A DNA stretch of 64,000 bases. Origin: Euprymna scolopes. Its lineage: Eukaryota. Below are positions 25,201-39,169 of the stretch, piece after piece (the first letter of the stretch is position 1; every line of letters begins with the position of its first letter). The DNA is taken from the NCBI GenBank assembly GCA_053919585.1, contig CM132825.1; one strand, written 5' to 3'. Made by a program: the position numbers and the translations under genes. The notes under the pieces are model-generated. The model was not told where the DNA came from. It made no database searches and was given only the letters and a program-made list of their open reading frames with translations.

Positions 25201-25665
25201 CTAGTAGACCGCCCTGTGTTGCACGGTCATAAAATATGTATAAATATTTTAATTCATACAGAAACACTTAGATATGTACATGTATTTTTTTTAACAGTTC
25301 ACGTCTTGTAAGTCAAAAAAGAAACACTTGAGCTGACATCAAAACCGAAACCAATGAGTCGAGTTCGATAACAATTATACCAGTGTGACATGGTCTTTAA
25401 AAGGTGTTTTCAAACCTACTTGTTCTTAACATAAGTAATCTGTAATGTGAACTGTGCGCATTTGTGGAGAAGTTAGCAAACAAATAAAAAAATCCAATGA
25501 CTCCCACATATTTCAATTTTGACCTTTTTAGAAGCCCTTTTTTCCAGATGAAAATGAATTGAAAAGTTTTACACATGACTGGATATCCTATATACTAAAT
25601 TTCAAGTCTGTAGATCAAAAATTTGTTGGGTATATAAGTTAAAGTGTCCTCACACATACATTCTC

Positions 25666-25711
<46 letters not shown>

Positions 25712-26672
25712 TAGCAGTTCCACCCGGCTTTGCTCGGGCCCTATGTACTGTTCATAACTTTATATACCTATGTATATATTAAAAAGTGTACATATGTATG
25801 GTAATACCTTTCTATATAATAGGCTTCCTTAACTACCATAGAGAAAAGTTGCTAGAGACTGCAGACGTCAAATTTTTTTTTTAATTTTGACCCCTTAACA
25901 TTTATTGTTTTGGACTCAAATTAAAATGTTTGACCCATATCCAAGTAACCTACATCTAAAATTTCAAGTGTTTGGGCTCCAAATTGACGGAGCAATTTGG
26001 TAGAGTCTGCAAAGGTCAACTCTGTAAACTTTGACTTCTTACCAACCAAATTTTTGCCCAGAAACTGATTAAAAAGCTGACTGCATGTCTGAATATTCTT
26101 TATGTAAAATTTCAAATGTTTAGACCACAAAATTGGCTAAATAGTTTGCTAGAGACTGCAAAATCTTTTGAACTTTGACCTCTTTGTAGCCAAATTTTCA
26201 GCCAAAAAGCTTGCCTTATGTATGAATACACTTTATGTAAAATTTCAAATATTTAAACCAAAAGTTGGCTGAGTAATTTTGTAGAGACCGTAGAGGTAAA
26301 TTTTTTTTTTTTTTTTTTTCTTTTTTCCTTTTTTCTTTTTTTCTTTTTTTTTTTTTTTTTTTTTTTTTTAACTTTGACCCTTTACATTTGTTTTGGGCTC
26401 AAATCAAATTATAAAGTTTGATCCATGTCCAAAGAACCTATATCTGAAATTTCAAGTGTTTAGACACAAAATTGGTGGAGAAGTTTGGTAGAGTTCTCAA
26501 AGGTCAAATCGTTGACAGCTAAATTTCTGGCCGAAAACCAATCAAGATTTTCCCAAATCTCACTACCCCTTATGTCAAATCTCGAGTCTGTAGACCAAAA
26601 ATTGACAGTTATTGTGTAAGGAACTGTACACACACACACACTGTTATAGATATGACTTATATATATTATATA
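25201..26672 (-). mobile_element. Two adjacent non-autonomous Helitrons (25201-~25680 and 25711-26672) separated by (TA)n
   Basis: Each begins a|ctag plus a GC hairpin on the + strand and ends ..tatatatta; internal aaatttcaagtgt sub-repeats. Confidence 0.7.
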
Positions 26673-27540
26673 AACGTTGCTGTTGCGCTCAGACCTTGTT
26701 TGTGTTACAGTTCAAACTTCTCTTGACACCCACCCCCATCTCCACCCACACACAGTCTGGCACCGTCGTGAAGGAACAAATAAACAAAAATTAAAAAAAA
26801 ATCCGGGTCAGCATCTTTTCCCTTTTAAGAAAAGCATTTATTGCGATTACTTTCCCGTCTCGACACGACTTAAATCTTAGTTCAATCATGCTCTAAACAG
26901 AAACATTTATTTTGAATCCGCCCGTCTTATCAAAGAACCTACTGTTGATTTTATATGCCAGGTCCTTCTGCTTGTTCATTGATAACACTTCTAAAATGCA
27001 CTTGTGAAATGTTAGGTTGTAGAAAAGTGTTAACTTTGATCAAAATCATACTTTCTTTTAATAAAAAAATTTTTTATTATCAATTTTCAATTCTTATCGG
27101 CTGCATTCCGATACAACACCTATCTAAGAACATTCTCATATGGAATTTAAAAAAAAAAAATCAGCCTAGCCATTTTGAAATCCATAAAGAACCAGCTCTG
27201 AGACACATAAACAAAATGCCTTTTCTATATGTTTGGAGTTTTTCTTTTCCTTCATGGGAGGTATTTCTATGAATCTTTGCTGCTATGGCTACATTTGAAG
27301 ACCTGTGTCAACTAAAGGCTTAGCTTCTTCAAGCCACGTTGTTAACCTGAAAAAAAACAAATAGAAGAACCAAAACATTGTTTTTATACTAACAACTTGG
27401 TCTGAAAAAGCCATTCCTTTACAGGGCTATAACTGAAACATGTCTGCAAATATGTAACTAAAATGTTTATATAAAGAAAAATGTATACTAAATATGAGCC
27501 TATAGTATAACATTAACTATTGTCATTGTTATTGTTGCAG

Positions 27541-27713
27541 GTGTCTTAAGGAGTATCTTTAACTTCCTGTTTGATGAAGATGTCATTTCGGAGGAGGCAT
27601 TCAAGAAATGGGCGAAAAGTGATGATCCTGCGGAACAAGAAGGAAAAGGCGTCGCTTTAAAACAAGTTGTTCAGTTCTTTACTTCGTTGGAGAATTATAA
27701 CGATGATAGTTGA
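27541..27713 (+). CDS. eIF4G: eIF4G terminal coding exon: SVLRSIFNFLFDEDVISEEAFKKWAKSDDPAEQEGKGVALKQVVQFFTSLENYNDDS*
   Basis: ttgcag acceptor; DEDVISEEAF..W..S.DPAEQ.GKGVALK W2 signature; TGA at 27711-27713. Confidence 0.96.
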
Positions 27714-29835
27714 GGTCAAGTTCAAATAGGATTTAAACATGGACACAAATTATTAGGGAAATAAAAACAAAAGAAGATTCAGACTTTGCTGTTAAAATAA
27801 TTGGGAGACAAAAAAATAAGACAATTATAAACTATTAAAATAAATAAATAAAAAAAAAAAAATAACATGCACAGAATTTGTGTGTCAATGTTGGTGAATT
27901 GTCGGCAGAAAAAAAAAAAAAACTGCAAAGGATGAATGAAAACAACAAAAGGACTCCCCCCTCCCGAAAAAAAATTTTTTTGTCAATTTGTAAAAATGGA
28001 AAAATTTAAAATGAAAGTTTTCTTTATATATATATAAATATATATATATAAATATATATATAATATATATATTTATACATGTCTTACCTTCTGACTCTAC
28101 TTCTATGCCTATCCTCCTCATCCTCTATAATGGCTATAAAAAAGAAAAGGGGGAAAAAAGCCACTGTATATACAGCTTACTAAACAATTTAAACATCTAT
28201 ATATACACGTATATATATAAATGTATGGGAAATACTTGTTTGGCTTCAAACCCACTACCTTGCTCACAAATAATCTGAGTCTTAATTACAGGTGCTACTA
28301 TGCAAGCATTTAGTAAAAGTGGACCCCCCCCCCCTCTAAGTTTACTTTTTTCCTTTCCTCCTCGTCCCTCTTTAATTTAAAAAAAAAATCTTCCCCACCC
28401 CCTTTTAAATTTCTTTTTTGAACAACACAAACCAAAATGGATGTGTCCTTTCTCTTTACTTTAGNNNNNNNNNNNNNNNNNNNNNNNNNNNNNNNNNNNN
28501 NNNNNNNNNNNNNNNNNNNNNNNNNNNNNNNNNNNNNNNNNNNNNNNNNNNNNNNNNNNNNNNNNNNNNNNNNNNNNNNNNNNNNNNNNNNNNNNNNNNN
28601 NTATGAAGAAAATACAATTACCATAATATATTACATTTTTCCAGGATGGTCAATTTGGGATTATTTAATTGTTGAATTACAAATTAATAGTAAGGAAACT
28701 GGCAAACTGCTTTTCTTTTTTTATTATGATTATTATGAATCTATTTAATTAAAAAAAAATCTTTAAAATTACAAAGATACATCTTGAAAAATGCAAACAT
28801 TCAGTCAAGCACAACCACTATGCAAGATAAGGTAATTAACCTTGTTACTTAGTTGTTTAAATAATGTTTGTTTTTTCTTTGTTTTGTTTTTTTTTTTTAA
28901 TAGTTTATGAATCTACAAAATATAAGGTAGAGGATTTTTTTTTTTCTCACCAAATAAGCAATTTTGGTAAAGGTATCTTTTCAAAAGTTAAATGAAAAAA
29001 AAAAAATATCTAAATTTTTTTTTAGAAAAGATTTCTTTAAATTGACCTACTACTAAAGTTAGCAATTGAGGAGAAAGCTGCTTTGCAAGAAATCACCTCC
29101 TATTGGTTTCTAATTGTTCATCACCACCTGTTAAAAACGGTACTTGCTTTGCAAAAATGCAATTTAATCTGCCAACAAAACAAATGAAAATTACCAAAAA
29201 AATATATAATAAATTTTAAAAAAATAATTAAAAAAAAAAAAGCAAAAAAAAAGAAAAGAACCCCCCCCCCCCAAAAAAAAAACAAAATACAACTATGCAT
29301 ACAGAAAATGTAAATAAAATACTATAAGCATACCCTTTTTTTTTTTTCCTTTTTCCTTTATTTCTGGATGTGTCTTCACAGGCTGAAATAATAAACTCTT
29401 CAATTTTTTTTTTTTTTTTTTTTTTTTTTGCCTGTACTACATTTCTTCAGTAGCAGCAAAATTGGTTTTGTACTTAGGTTAAAACAGTTTTCCTGAAATA
29501 GGGATGGGGNNNNNNNNNNNNNNNNNNNNNNNNNNNNNNNNNNNNNNNNNNNNNNNNNNNNNNNNNNNNNNNNNNNNNNNNNNNNNNNNNNNNNNNNNNN
29601 NNNNNNNNNNNNNNNNNNNNNNNNNNNNNNNNNNNNNNNNNNNNNAAGAAAAGATGGGCAGGGTAGGGGGTGAAAGAAAGGCTAGAAGTATAAAACGATT
29701 GTATTGTATGAATTGAAATAAAAGAAATTGTGACAAAAAACAGAACTTTGTACAAAATATTTATTCTAAGAAAAAAAATATTTGGTTCTTATTTAGAATT
29801 CAATCTAATTACAAAAACAAAAATACAAACAAATC

Positions 29836-30118
29836 TTTGAGGTATGTACCCGTCACAGAATAAAGATGTCATATTCTAAAAATCACTAAGAAAATCCTAC
29901 CAATGAGATACTAGGAGTTTTTTTTTTTTTTTTTATAGAAATTCAAGGGTGATAACTTAATTCGACTACAGAAATTTTGTTTGTATTCACAATATTTAAA
30001 ACATTTTAATCGCCAAAGATCAAGTTTCGATTTTCTTAGGTATAAAAAAGCAACTTTATCAATTTCTGCGAATTTTTGGAATATGACATCTTCATTCTGT
30101 AATGAGTATATACATTAT
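29836..30118. mobile_element. MITE; the same TIRs also bracket 8180-10084
   Basis: aaagatgtcatattctaaaaatc / tttttggaatatgacatcttcattc. Confidence 0.65.
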
Positions 30119-30253
30119 AAAGATTTCTCTGTGTTTTTGTTTATTTTAATTAAGTGTAATTATAAATAGAAACCAAAAATTCATAAAGAAAATGTTCAAT
30201 AGTTAGGTCATATTTGTTTTATGTGGTGCTATTCTTTTATGTGAAGCGATCGT

Positions 30254-30287
<34 letters not shown>

Positions 30288-30607
30288 CTTAGAAGCAAAA
30301 CTAATAATTGTTTAAGTATACCTTAGTTTATAATAGCAAACACTATTATGTTATTTTTTAATCCATTCATTATTTATTAAGGGTGTAAACGCTTTTGGTT
30401 ATTACCCGTAAATATTTTATCCATAATGCTAGCTGGTCTCGTTACTAGAGGAATAAAGCGAACTAAATTAAATTTGGACTACTAACATATTGGCAAGGGG
30501 TGGGGTCTAAAAACAAAATCTTATGGTGTTATAAAGTCTTCCTGTTGGTAATTTATTATCTGGAAGTATGCTTTATTAATATTCAAGATTGTTTTAAGTG
30601 TGTGTGT

Positions 30608-30667
<60 letters not shown>

Positions 30668-30669
<2 letters not shown>

Positions 30670-30866
30670 AGGTGAGGTTTAATAATTGCGAAATTATCAA
30701 GTTTACATAGGAGAAAACAACAAAATCCAATTTTTTCATGGACAGTTGTCTGTAAATATTGAATGAATAAATCATCTCCGAAACAATCGTACATGAAAGA
30801 AAAATGGATTTTGTTTGCTTCCTCGCCTATGTAAACTTGATAATTTCACAATTATTAATCCCTCAG

Positions 30867-30870
<4 letters not shown>
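30668..30870. mobile_element. Short fold-back MITE inside (TA)n
   Basis: taataattgcgaaattatcaagtttacatagg / cctatgtaaacttgataatttcacaattatta. Confidence 0.75.
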
Positions 30871-30923
<53 letters not shown>

Positions 30924-31527
30924 CTCTAGGTGAACAGCACCTATAACTGCAGTACTCCTTGCTCTTATAGACCTTGTCTATAACACTATATAATAAAATA
31001 AAGTCACCCCCCCCCCTTCTTCCTTGAAGATTCAGACAAAAAAACAATACCTTTATATGTTTATTTGTTCTGATAAACAATTAATCTAAGTTCTCATGCA
31101 CGTTTCCAGAAATTATGCGTTTGCTTTTCATCCTTTCAATATTTGTTATTTTATTAAAGGAAATCTGACTCTCACAAACAAAAGTTTAAAAAAAAAAAAA
31201 AAATCCAAAGAAAATGGCTATCTTTTTCACCCATTTGTACTTATCTACTCTTACTGCTATCCAAACCAGCACGGTTTTTTTTTTTTGTTTATTTTTTTAC
31301 AGGAGAAAATTGGTTAATTCGCTGCTATATTTTAGCTTAAGGAAAATATCATTCAGTCATTTCGACTGCTTTCAAACCTTCATTTTCTGTAAAATCGATT
31401 GTTTCAACAGACAGATTTTTGCATGCCAGATTTCTGTTAGTGTAAATACATCTCCGACATTTCTTTTTGTTTTTCTCTCTACTACTAAGCATCTCCCGAA
31501 ATATGTAATTTTAGAGTTACATGCAAG

Positions 31528-31580
<53 letters not shown>

Positions 31581-31802
31581 GATGACTACAAAAACAAAAA
31601 AAATTCCGTTGGTCTAGAAAATTTTTTGGATACAACACCTTTTAATAAAAACTATTTCCAATGTAGTTTTAAACAATCAGAATAAATACAGTTTCAGTAT
31701 ACAAAGAATTTTCTTTTTTGGATTTCTCCTTTGTTCTGTTCTTTGAAGAGAACAGATGATGGTTTAACGCAAACAGGCCATAATGTTTTTAATATTGTTA
31801 TG

Positions 31803-31840
<38 letters not shown>

Positions 31841-32031
31841 TCATCCTTTCGGGAATCATCAGTGCAGGGTGTCACGATTACCGCTGATTCCATTAGCAAG
31901 GAACAAACCCACACTGCCATTGTTAATCGCGAGAAATATAGTTGAAACTTAAAGATTTATTTTTAAATGTCAAAACCGTGATAGTGATCTAATCATTGAC
32001 ATGATCTGCGCATGTAAGCTTAAGTGACCGA

Positions 32032-32075
<44 letters not shown>

Positions 32076-34671
32076 CGAATTAGTAATCTTTTAAACCAAT
32101 GCATTTCAGGTATGTGTCATGTCGGAATTAGTATTATTTTTTTTTCTTTTTATGGAAATTACTCCAAACAAGACATGAAGCCACTTCATGTAAAAGAGCC
32201 AAAAAATAAATGTACTTTAAGGTCAAAAACTTGCAAAAAATAAGTATTAGATGGAATAGATTCTGACCCAGAAAACGGCAATTCTTCCCTCTTTGTCAGA
32301 AACATTGCTCGTGGAATGCGAGGACTAAAATAAGGGAAGTGAGAGTTACAAGGCGTCAAAACAAGAAATTAGAAAAAAATGATCCAGTAGAAAAATAATG
32401 GCAAGTAAAAATAGAATTTATCAAGTTTTATCATGTGTTTTTAATGTGAAAAAGTTGTGCAACCAGTTGTGTGTGTGACAAACTGACTTGCCTTCCTTGA
32501 ATATAATTTAAGTGTCCACCAATTTTTAAAGAAAATGTCAGAACATAATTGTGAATGATTGCAAATACACAAAGCACATCTTCTACTGTTTCATTTTCCA
32601 GAGTTTGTAGAATGAATTCATACTAAATTTTGCCATGAAACATGAGTACGTAAATAATGTTTGCACCTGAAATGTGTTTGTTTAAATTATCACTAATCTG
32701 TATAAGCACCAAGGAATTTAAAAAAAAAAAAAAAAACAAAGCAAAATCACTATAGAAAAAAAATTTTCTTGAAATGTGGCATAGTTTTATAGAACATTGT
32801 CTCTGTTTAGAAGGAATCTTTGTTTTTTATTGTTGTTTTTTTTGGGGGGGTTGCAAAATATTGTCTTTAGTCTTGAGAGGAAAAAAAAAAACAAAAAAAA
32901 ACGAGGCTATAGGTAGAAGGAAAACAGTCAGCAGAAAGAGTTCCACAAGTCTGCAGTTTTTGGAAAGAAGCTACTGGAGGAAGCTGCATTACAATGAGGC
33001 ATTAAAACCTCAACCACTAGATCAACAAGTCAAGCAAGTTGGAGAAAGGGAAGCAAATTTGTGTCCATAATGCAGATTATTTAACACACAAATTGTCTCT
33101 TGAGATTTTTTTATCTTGACCAATAATTGATGTAATCTCAAATTTTGTGTACATATCTTAGATCTTTTTACTGAACAAAACTCAAAACTGTCCTGTGACT
33201 TCAGTTGGAATCTGAAGTCACACATTATACATAATGTCATTCGGTTTGAAAGATGTCTAAACATAAGGGATCGGGTTTTGCATATACATTTAGCATGAAA
33301 TGATCATCACCCACTTTCAGATCACACAGCATTTTTAAGGACATGTAACCATTTTTTCTGCTAAAAAAATATGCATTTTGTGACAGTGTTGTTGGATCTA
33401 ATGATGGAAAGAAAGTATCGTTAGGAAAGGTTATGACATCAATTTAATGCACACGCCCACTTATTTGTAAATATTGATAAAGAAAACTGGACATTGCAAT
33501 ATAAAGGTATCTCAAAAAGAATGTCAGACAAAAAACCTTTTGGCGATTTTAAAGTTCGTCTGAACAGGCCTCCCTTCTGGGTGGTCAAAAATTATTTGGA
33601 TCACCTGAAATATAGGTTGGATGCTACAAGATGGATACAAAATCAAGTGTCCATTAAATTTTGCCCAGAAAATTTGATCACCCCAAAAAGATAACCAAAT
33701 TATTTTATTTTTTTTTTTTTTTACTCATACAAAACAACACTAAAAAAAAAACAACCTTGGTTATGCAAATAAAGGATGGGCCCTCTGGGAGTAGCACATT
33801 AAGGAAGAAAAGGATTTTTTTTTTTTCTTTTTTTCAGAGCTTGAGAATTTCAAAAACTGCCTAGATGGGGTTTCTGAGAATTGTAAAATGGGATTCTGGG
33901 AATTAGAGGTGGGGTTAAGCCCACCTGATTCTCAATATAATGCAAGGCAAAAATAGCCTCGAGGACACACTCAACTAGCTGCCTAGGGCTTTTACACCAG
34001 TCCAAAAGAAACCCCTGACTTAAGTTCCACTTTGTTCCAAGCTATTGAATTTATACTGTTCAGAGACAAGCCCCTGGATTTAGGGTTATTTGCCATAACT
34101 TTACTAATAAAAGCTGCCAGTCCCCAAATATTTGCAACTTGAGTCAGAGACTTATAAATGATCAGAGTTTTGTAGCTTTCAGTGAATAATTATTTTTTGT
34201 TTATAAGAAAGATGACCACTGGTTTTTCTTTATTTGTTGATTGCCAGTAGAACTGATGGTCCAGTTGATTTCAGATCTGCTCTGACACCAAATGTTCCAA
34301 TCATCCGATTTCCAGTGACCAGTGGGAGTCTAGTCACTCTTAAAGGGTCCACTACTTGACAGAGTTAAAAGTGTAGCCACCGGGACTTAGTGTTAGTGTA
34401 CATTTTCTTGCCTGTGTGTATGACAAGAATCTGCCCAGGTTGGTATTACAATTATTTTGGGATGGTGGTCGAAATTGACTTTTAATGCTAGCATAGACTA
34501 TAAATTGACTTAAATCACATTCACCAGTAAACCTTTAAAAAAAAAAAAAAAAAAAAAAAATTTGTCTCTTGTATTGCCATTCAAACTTGGGGTTAGTGGT
34601 AGGGATAAGGCATGCGTGAGTATATTTTTTTTCTTTCTAAACATAGGCATTTTTTGTTTTATATATATATA

Positions 34672-34743
<72 letters not shown>

Positions 34744-34839
34744 GGATGTTTGGGACAAATGTTACTCCTTTTGAAAAGGAAATAAACATATTTTGACCAA
34801 TAATTGATTTATTCACAATTAAAAGTGAATCACTTAAAG

Positions 34840-35211
34840 CAGTCATTCTCAACCTTTCCTCCATCATTGACCCCCACCCCCTCGGTTTTCTATATTTTTC
34901 CATTTACCCTCTACTTCCATACAAAAAAAAATATTCATAGCCATCATAAAGTGACCAAAAAACAAGGTCAAAAAGAACCTTTTTATTGTTTAGAATTTTT
35001 TTGTACAAAAAATAGTTTCTCCGCACCCTCCATAACAAAGTCAGTCATATTGGACATCTGAATCCACGTATGTACATTTCTTAGACATCAGAGAATCTGA
35101 AAAAAATAAAATTTTAAGCATCAGTTACTTATTTGCTCCCAACTCTATAAATTTTTAACACCCCACCCCCCCACCCCGCGAGGTAAATTTACCTCTGGTT
35201 GAGAACCTCTG
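34840..35211. mobile_element. hAT (Charlie-like) MITE
   Basis: cagtcattctcaacc / ggttgagaacctctg termini. Confidence 0.6.
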
Positions 35212-36556
35212 GTCTAGAAGGATCTTTTACTGTACCGTTTTGAAAACGTGCTGTTGAGCATGTTTTACTAGTGAATAGCAAATATTACAATCATAGATGG
35301 AAGAAGGGGCAGATAGTTGAAAATATCTGGCCAGAATCAGACAATCCTAGGAATATTGTCTTTGAAAAACTAAGTGCCTCATGTAATTAGAAAGTCATGA
35401 TGGGATCGGTTTTTAGGGAGGGGCGGGGTATAATTTTTTTTTTTTTTTAGATGGGCTCTAGATAAAACCCTCTGACAGTTTGCAGTGGATTCCTCCTCTC
35501 GGTGACTGAACAATGACTGCCAACAAGAGGCCAGTTAGTCAAGCATGAAGATACCCCAGAGGAGGAGGAGGAACAAGAGCGCAGTTGATTTTTTTTTTTT
35601 GCGAGAGAACTAGGAGGCAGTTCTACCAACCAGTTGGGCCCTCTCTTTATTAAATGGGGCTGGTCTGGCCAGGAAAACACCGTTCTGTAACTTATTTATC
35701 AATTTAGAGAATCTTTATGATATTATCTGTACAAAACCTAAGAACACTACCAGACATATAAATTAGCTTTGTGTGAAATTTGCAAAAGATAGGCTCAACC
35801 GTTTTGGAACCTATGAGGAAGGAACACACACACATACACATATATACATACACACACACATACATACAAAGTGACTTTGTTATAGTAGTAAAGATAGAGA
35901 TAGACCTTGTGTAATGTGACGTCGCAAACAATCAAATCCGGATCAGGATTTTTTTTCTTTTTTAACATAAGTCGTTTATTACTGTTACTTTCCCATCCTT
36001 ACACCACTTAAAAAATCTCTTGCTGCTACATGTCCATCTAACCTGACACGAGTTTCTCTTTCTTCCGACTGCACGCTGGCCACAACTTGTCCATTCTTGC
36101 CTTCCCTTTGCACATACGTTTCCTTGGGCATCGACTTTGTTTCTTCCGACCACATGGTCTCCTTTTTATTTTTTTTCATCAGATGCAAGCCCAAGCACAC
36201 TTGCCAATTTGCATATATGTTCAAACACTGCTCCTGCTGCTAATACAATCCCTTGCCATCCATCCTTCGACTGCTGCTGATATTTTCATGCACGCTGTTA
36301 CACTTGGATTTACACTCGGCATTCATTCTTTCAGTATTTATCATGAATGATGTTTCTGACAAAAAAAGGGGACGAATTACTGGTATTTATCTAGCACCTT
36401 ATCAAGTTTTTGACTATGACACAGTATTTGTTTTAAGCTCCTTACACTAAGTGGTTTCATGCTTTGTCTGGAGCGAATTCCATTGAAATATTGAGAAGAA
36501 AGAACAAAATGCTGTCCATACAAAATAATTAATTTTTTATTGACAATGAAAGATAG

Positions 36557-36593
<37 letters not shown>

Positions 36594-36715
36594 AGTCCTA
36601 AGAACGTTCTAGTGAAAGAAAGTTGCTTTGTATGTAAGGAGTTCACCTGTAGGTTTCAATTGTTACCATGTAATTGAACAGACATGTTAATTTCAGCTAA
36701 CGCCATTTGTGTTTA

Positions 36716-36916
36716 CAGGAGAACGCCGGGATACGGTTGCCCTAGGACACATTTTTTTCAGGTTACAATGTGGAATACAATGTTTTTCCGGACCCTGGTT
36801 ACGGTATTTGCACCACCTTACATTGTTATTTATGTTATTTGATTATATACATATGAATTATATATTGTACTGTATTTTGTTATTAATTTTTTATGCCGTA
36901 TCCTGGGGTTCTACTG
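36716..36916. mobile_element. pogo/Tigger-like MITE with TA flanks (other copies ~2316-2688, 7821-8049, 18938-19075)
   Basis: ta|caggagaacgccgggatac ... gtatcctggggttctactg|ta; the internal ggttacaatgtggaatacaatgtttttcc block is shared by four loci. Confidence 0.7.
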
Positions 36917-37079
36917 TATATGTGTGTGTGTGTGTGTGTGTATGTACACACACTATGTTACCGCACCCGCCCACCCACCTTCAGTGTTAGGAAGGAAACA
37001 AAATAAAGAAAGCAGCATATAAAAAGAAGCGGAAACAGAACAATGTAGAGGAAGTTGTTTACTGGGGTAGACAAAAGAA

Positions 37080-37700
37080 TGCTGCAATAGGGTTGTAACT
37101 AAGTGTGACACTTACGTCACCCGCGTGTTGTCTAGTGGTGGATGTTCCCCGATTTTTGGTCCTCGTGTTTTCTGATGAGAATGTCAGCGGCCAGTACCTG
37201 AAAGAGACTCATCGAGCGTTTTTGCAAGCATGCCAAACAAATTAAAAAAGGACAAGTCGACACTTGTTTTTGTTTTTTTTGTAATTCAAAATTCCTTGTT
37301 ATTCATAAAAGGTTACAATCGTCGTTTCGTATTTCACTATTAAGTTAGGGACTGGCGGTTTGTTAACTGCAAAGTTCTTTCGTTTTCGATAAAAACTAAA
37401 TGGCTACGTCGGCAGGGTCAATTGATGAGGTCGGCTTTTTCGCTCGTTCGAGCCCAGGTGTCTGTCGGTCTTTGTGTCCAGCGCTCAAAACTCGCTGCTT
37501 ATATTGTGGGGGCGAGAGCTATATCTTCTTTTTCTCTCATTCGGCCCCTTAGCCAATCAGGATTCCGGAACCGCTGTCACTCAAATCTTCACCAGGCTGC
37601 CTATGCCCAAAAAAGGGGCTGTTTCTTCTTCTGTTTGCAATCGAGTAGAATATCTCAGCCGGCGTGTGCCTAATAGAATTTGACAGGCCATTAAAACCAG
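37080..37700. promoter_or_regulatory. CpG-enriched, repeat-free segment; candidate promoter/5' end of a neighbouring gene
   Basis: Visibly high CG density against the AT-rich background; ttacgtca (CRE-like), aaatggc (YY1-like) and ccaatc motifs. Confidence 0.4.
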
Positions 37701-39169
37701 AATGGTCTCGTTCAATTAACTTTGAGGGATCATAAAAATGAACCAAATCCAATTCCACAAAGGCCATGCGTCTTTTCAATAGAGGCCACTTACCCACCAG
37801 GGGGCAGTCAACAATGGTCGCTTTGTAAATTGGAATTTCAGTGGTATCCTTCCTTTCACTCACGTATCGGGCTATCCTTCGCACATACCATTCTGGCCCT
37901 TATCTACATTTTTTCTCCTTTTTATTTTTTTCTCTTCTGTTTACAACTGTTTTTTTCTATGCCTGTCGTCCGCCCCCCCTCTTTTCTCGGTCGTCTGCTA
38001 CTTCTCTCAGTGTCTATCCCATTGGGTGCATTTAGCTTGCAGTTTACTGCACCTTTGAGCTTGTCTCATAAGGTGTAAATGGCAGTAACAAAAGATCCGA
38101 ACTTTGGTGAGTGCCTATGAGTTTATAACAGTAGGAACAGTTTATGAACAGTTTTGAGTTTACAATGGTTGGGGACGGTCAGGAGCTGAAGAGTGGCAAC
38201 TTTTGCACCAGTTGAAGGCAGTCGTGGCTTGGGTCAGATTGGGAGAGCTTTGAAAGATCGAGATGATTAACTGGACTAGGCCTTGACAGAAAATCTAAGA
38301 TATGTATTTTAGGGCTTTAGAGATTAGTTTCCCACAATAGTGTCACACACACACACACAGTGTAATATTTACAGAAAGTGTTGGCGTCAATGTTTTCTTT
38401 TGTGTTTTATTTTACCTTAATTGTATACTTGCAAACCCACGCATGTCCCTCAACAGCTGCCAATATGACTGCCGATAATACAGCCAGAAGAGAAGACAAA
38501 AGGAGCTGAAGACCATTGGAGTCGGGTTAGGGTTAGGGCTAGGGCTGCTGAGTGAAGAAATGCATGGGAATAGATATGAAGTCATGCATATATTATGTTT
38601 TGTTAGCGAGAAAACATTATTAAATAACTTGCAAGCAAGAAACTTTGGTTAACAGTGTGCCTATGCTGGTGCTGTATTTAATAGTCCAAGAATATTGAGG
38701 CTCTCCAATCCCTTCCCTTCTAAAAAAAACCTAGATAGCATTATCATATCCATGTCAGTTTTTAAGAAAATGTTGTTTGTTTTGTTCATAATGTACCCTT
38801 ATGGCACCACTAAAATGTACCCCTTACTACTCCAACAATGTTCCGTGGGTGACATTTGGCTGTTCTGGGTCACAATTGGTTACTTAGTACTGGACGGTTA
38901 CTCTAGCCGTTGAAAAGTATGGCGAACAACATCTGTCCCTACATTGTAAAAGATCAAAAGGGCAACTAGTCTGGCACTGGTCTGTATCACTGGAAAGCAA
39001 AGGTCATTTCAAGCCAAAATAAGAAAAGAATAATAAGTCGATGACCGATCCTTTTGTATAAAACAAATTGATTATTCATTGAAATATTACACAACTCTGA
39101 TCATTCACAAGTTTTTGATTTAAGATTCTAATCTGGATGGCACTATTGGTAAAGTCTAGACGCTTTTTG

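Noticed and set aside
20896-29645. ORFs containing X runs (20896-21095, 28465-28601, 29510-29645)
   Set aside because: Artefacts of assembly gaps.
35985-36350. Minus-strand ORF with SEERETRVRL, possibly a Helitron Rep N-terminal remnant or a host exon
   Set aside because: In-frame stop upstream, no clear splice signals, and similarity too weak to call.
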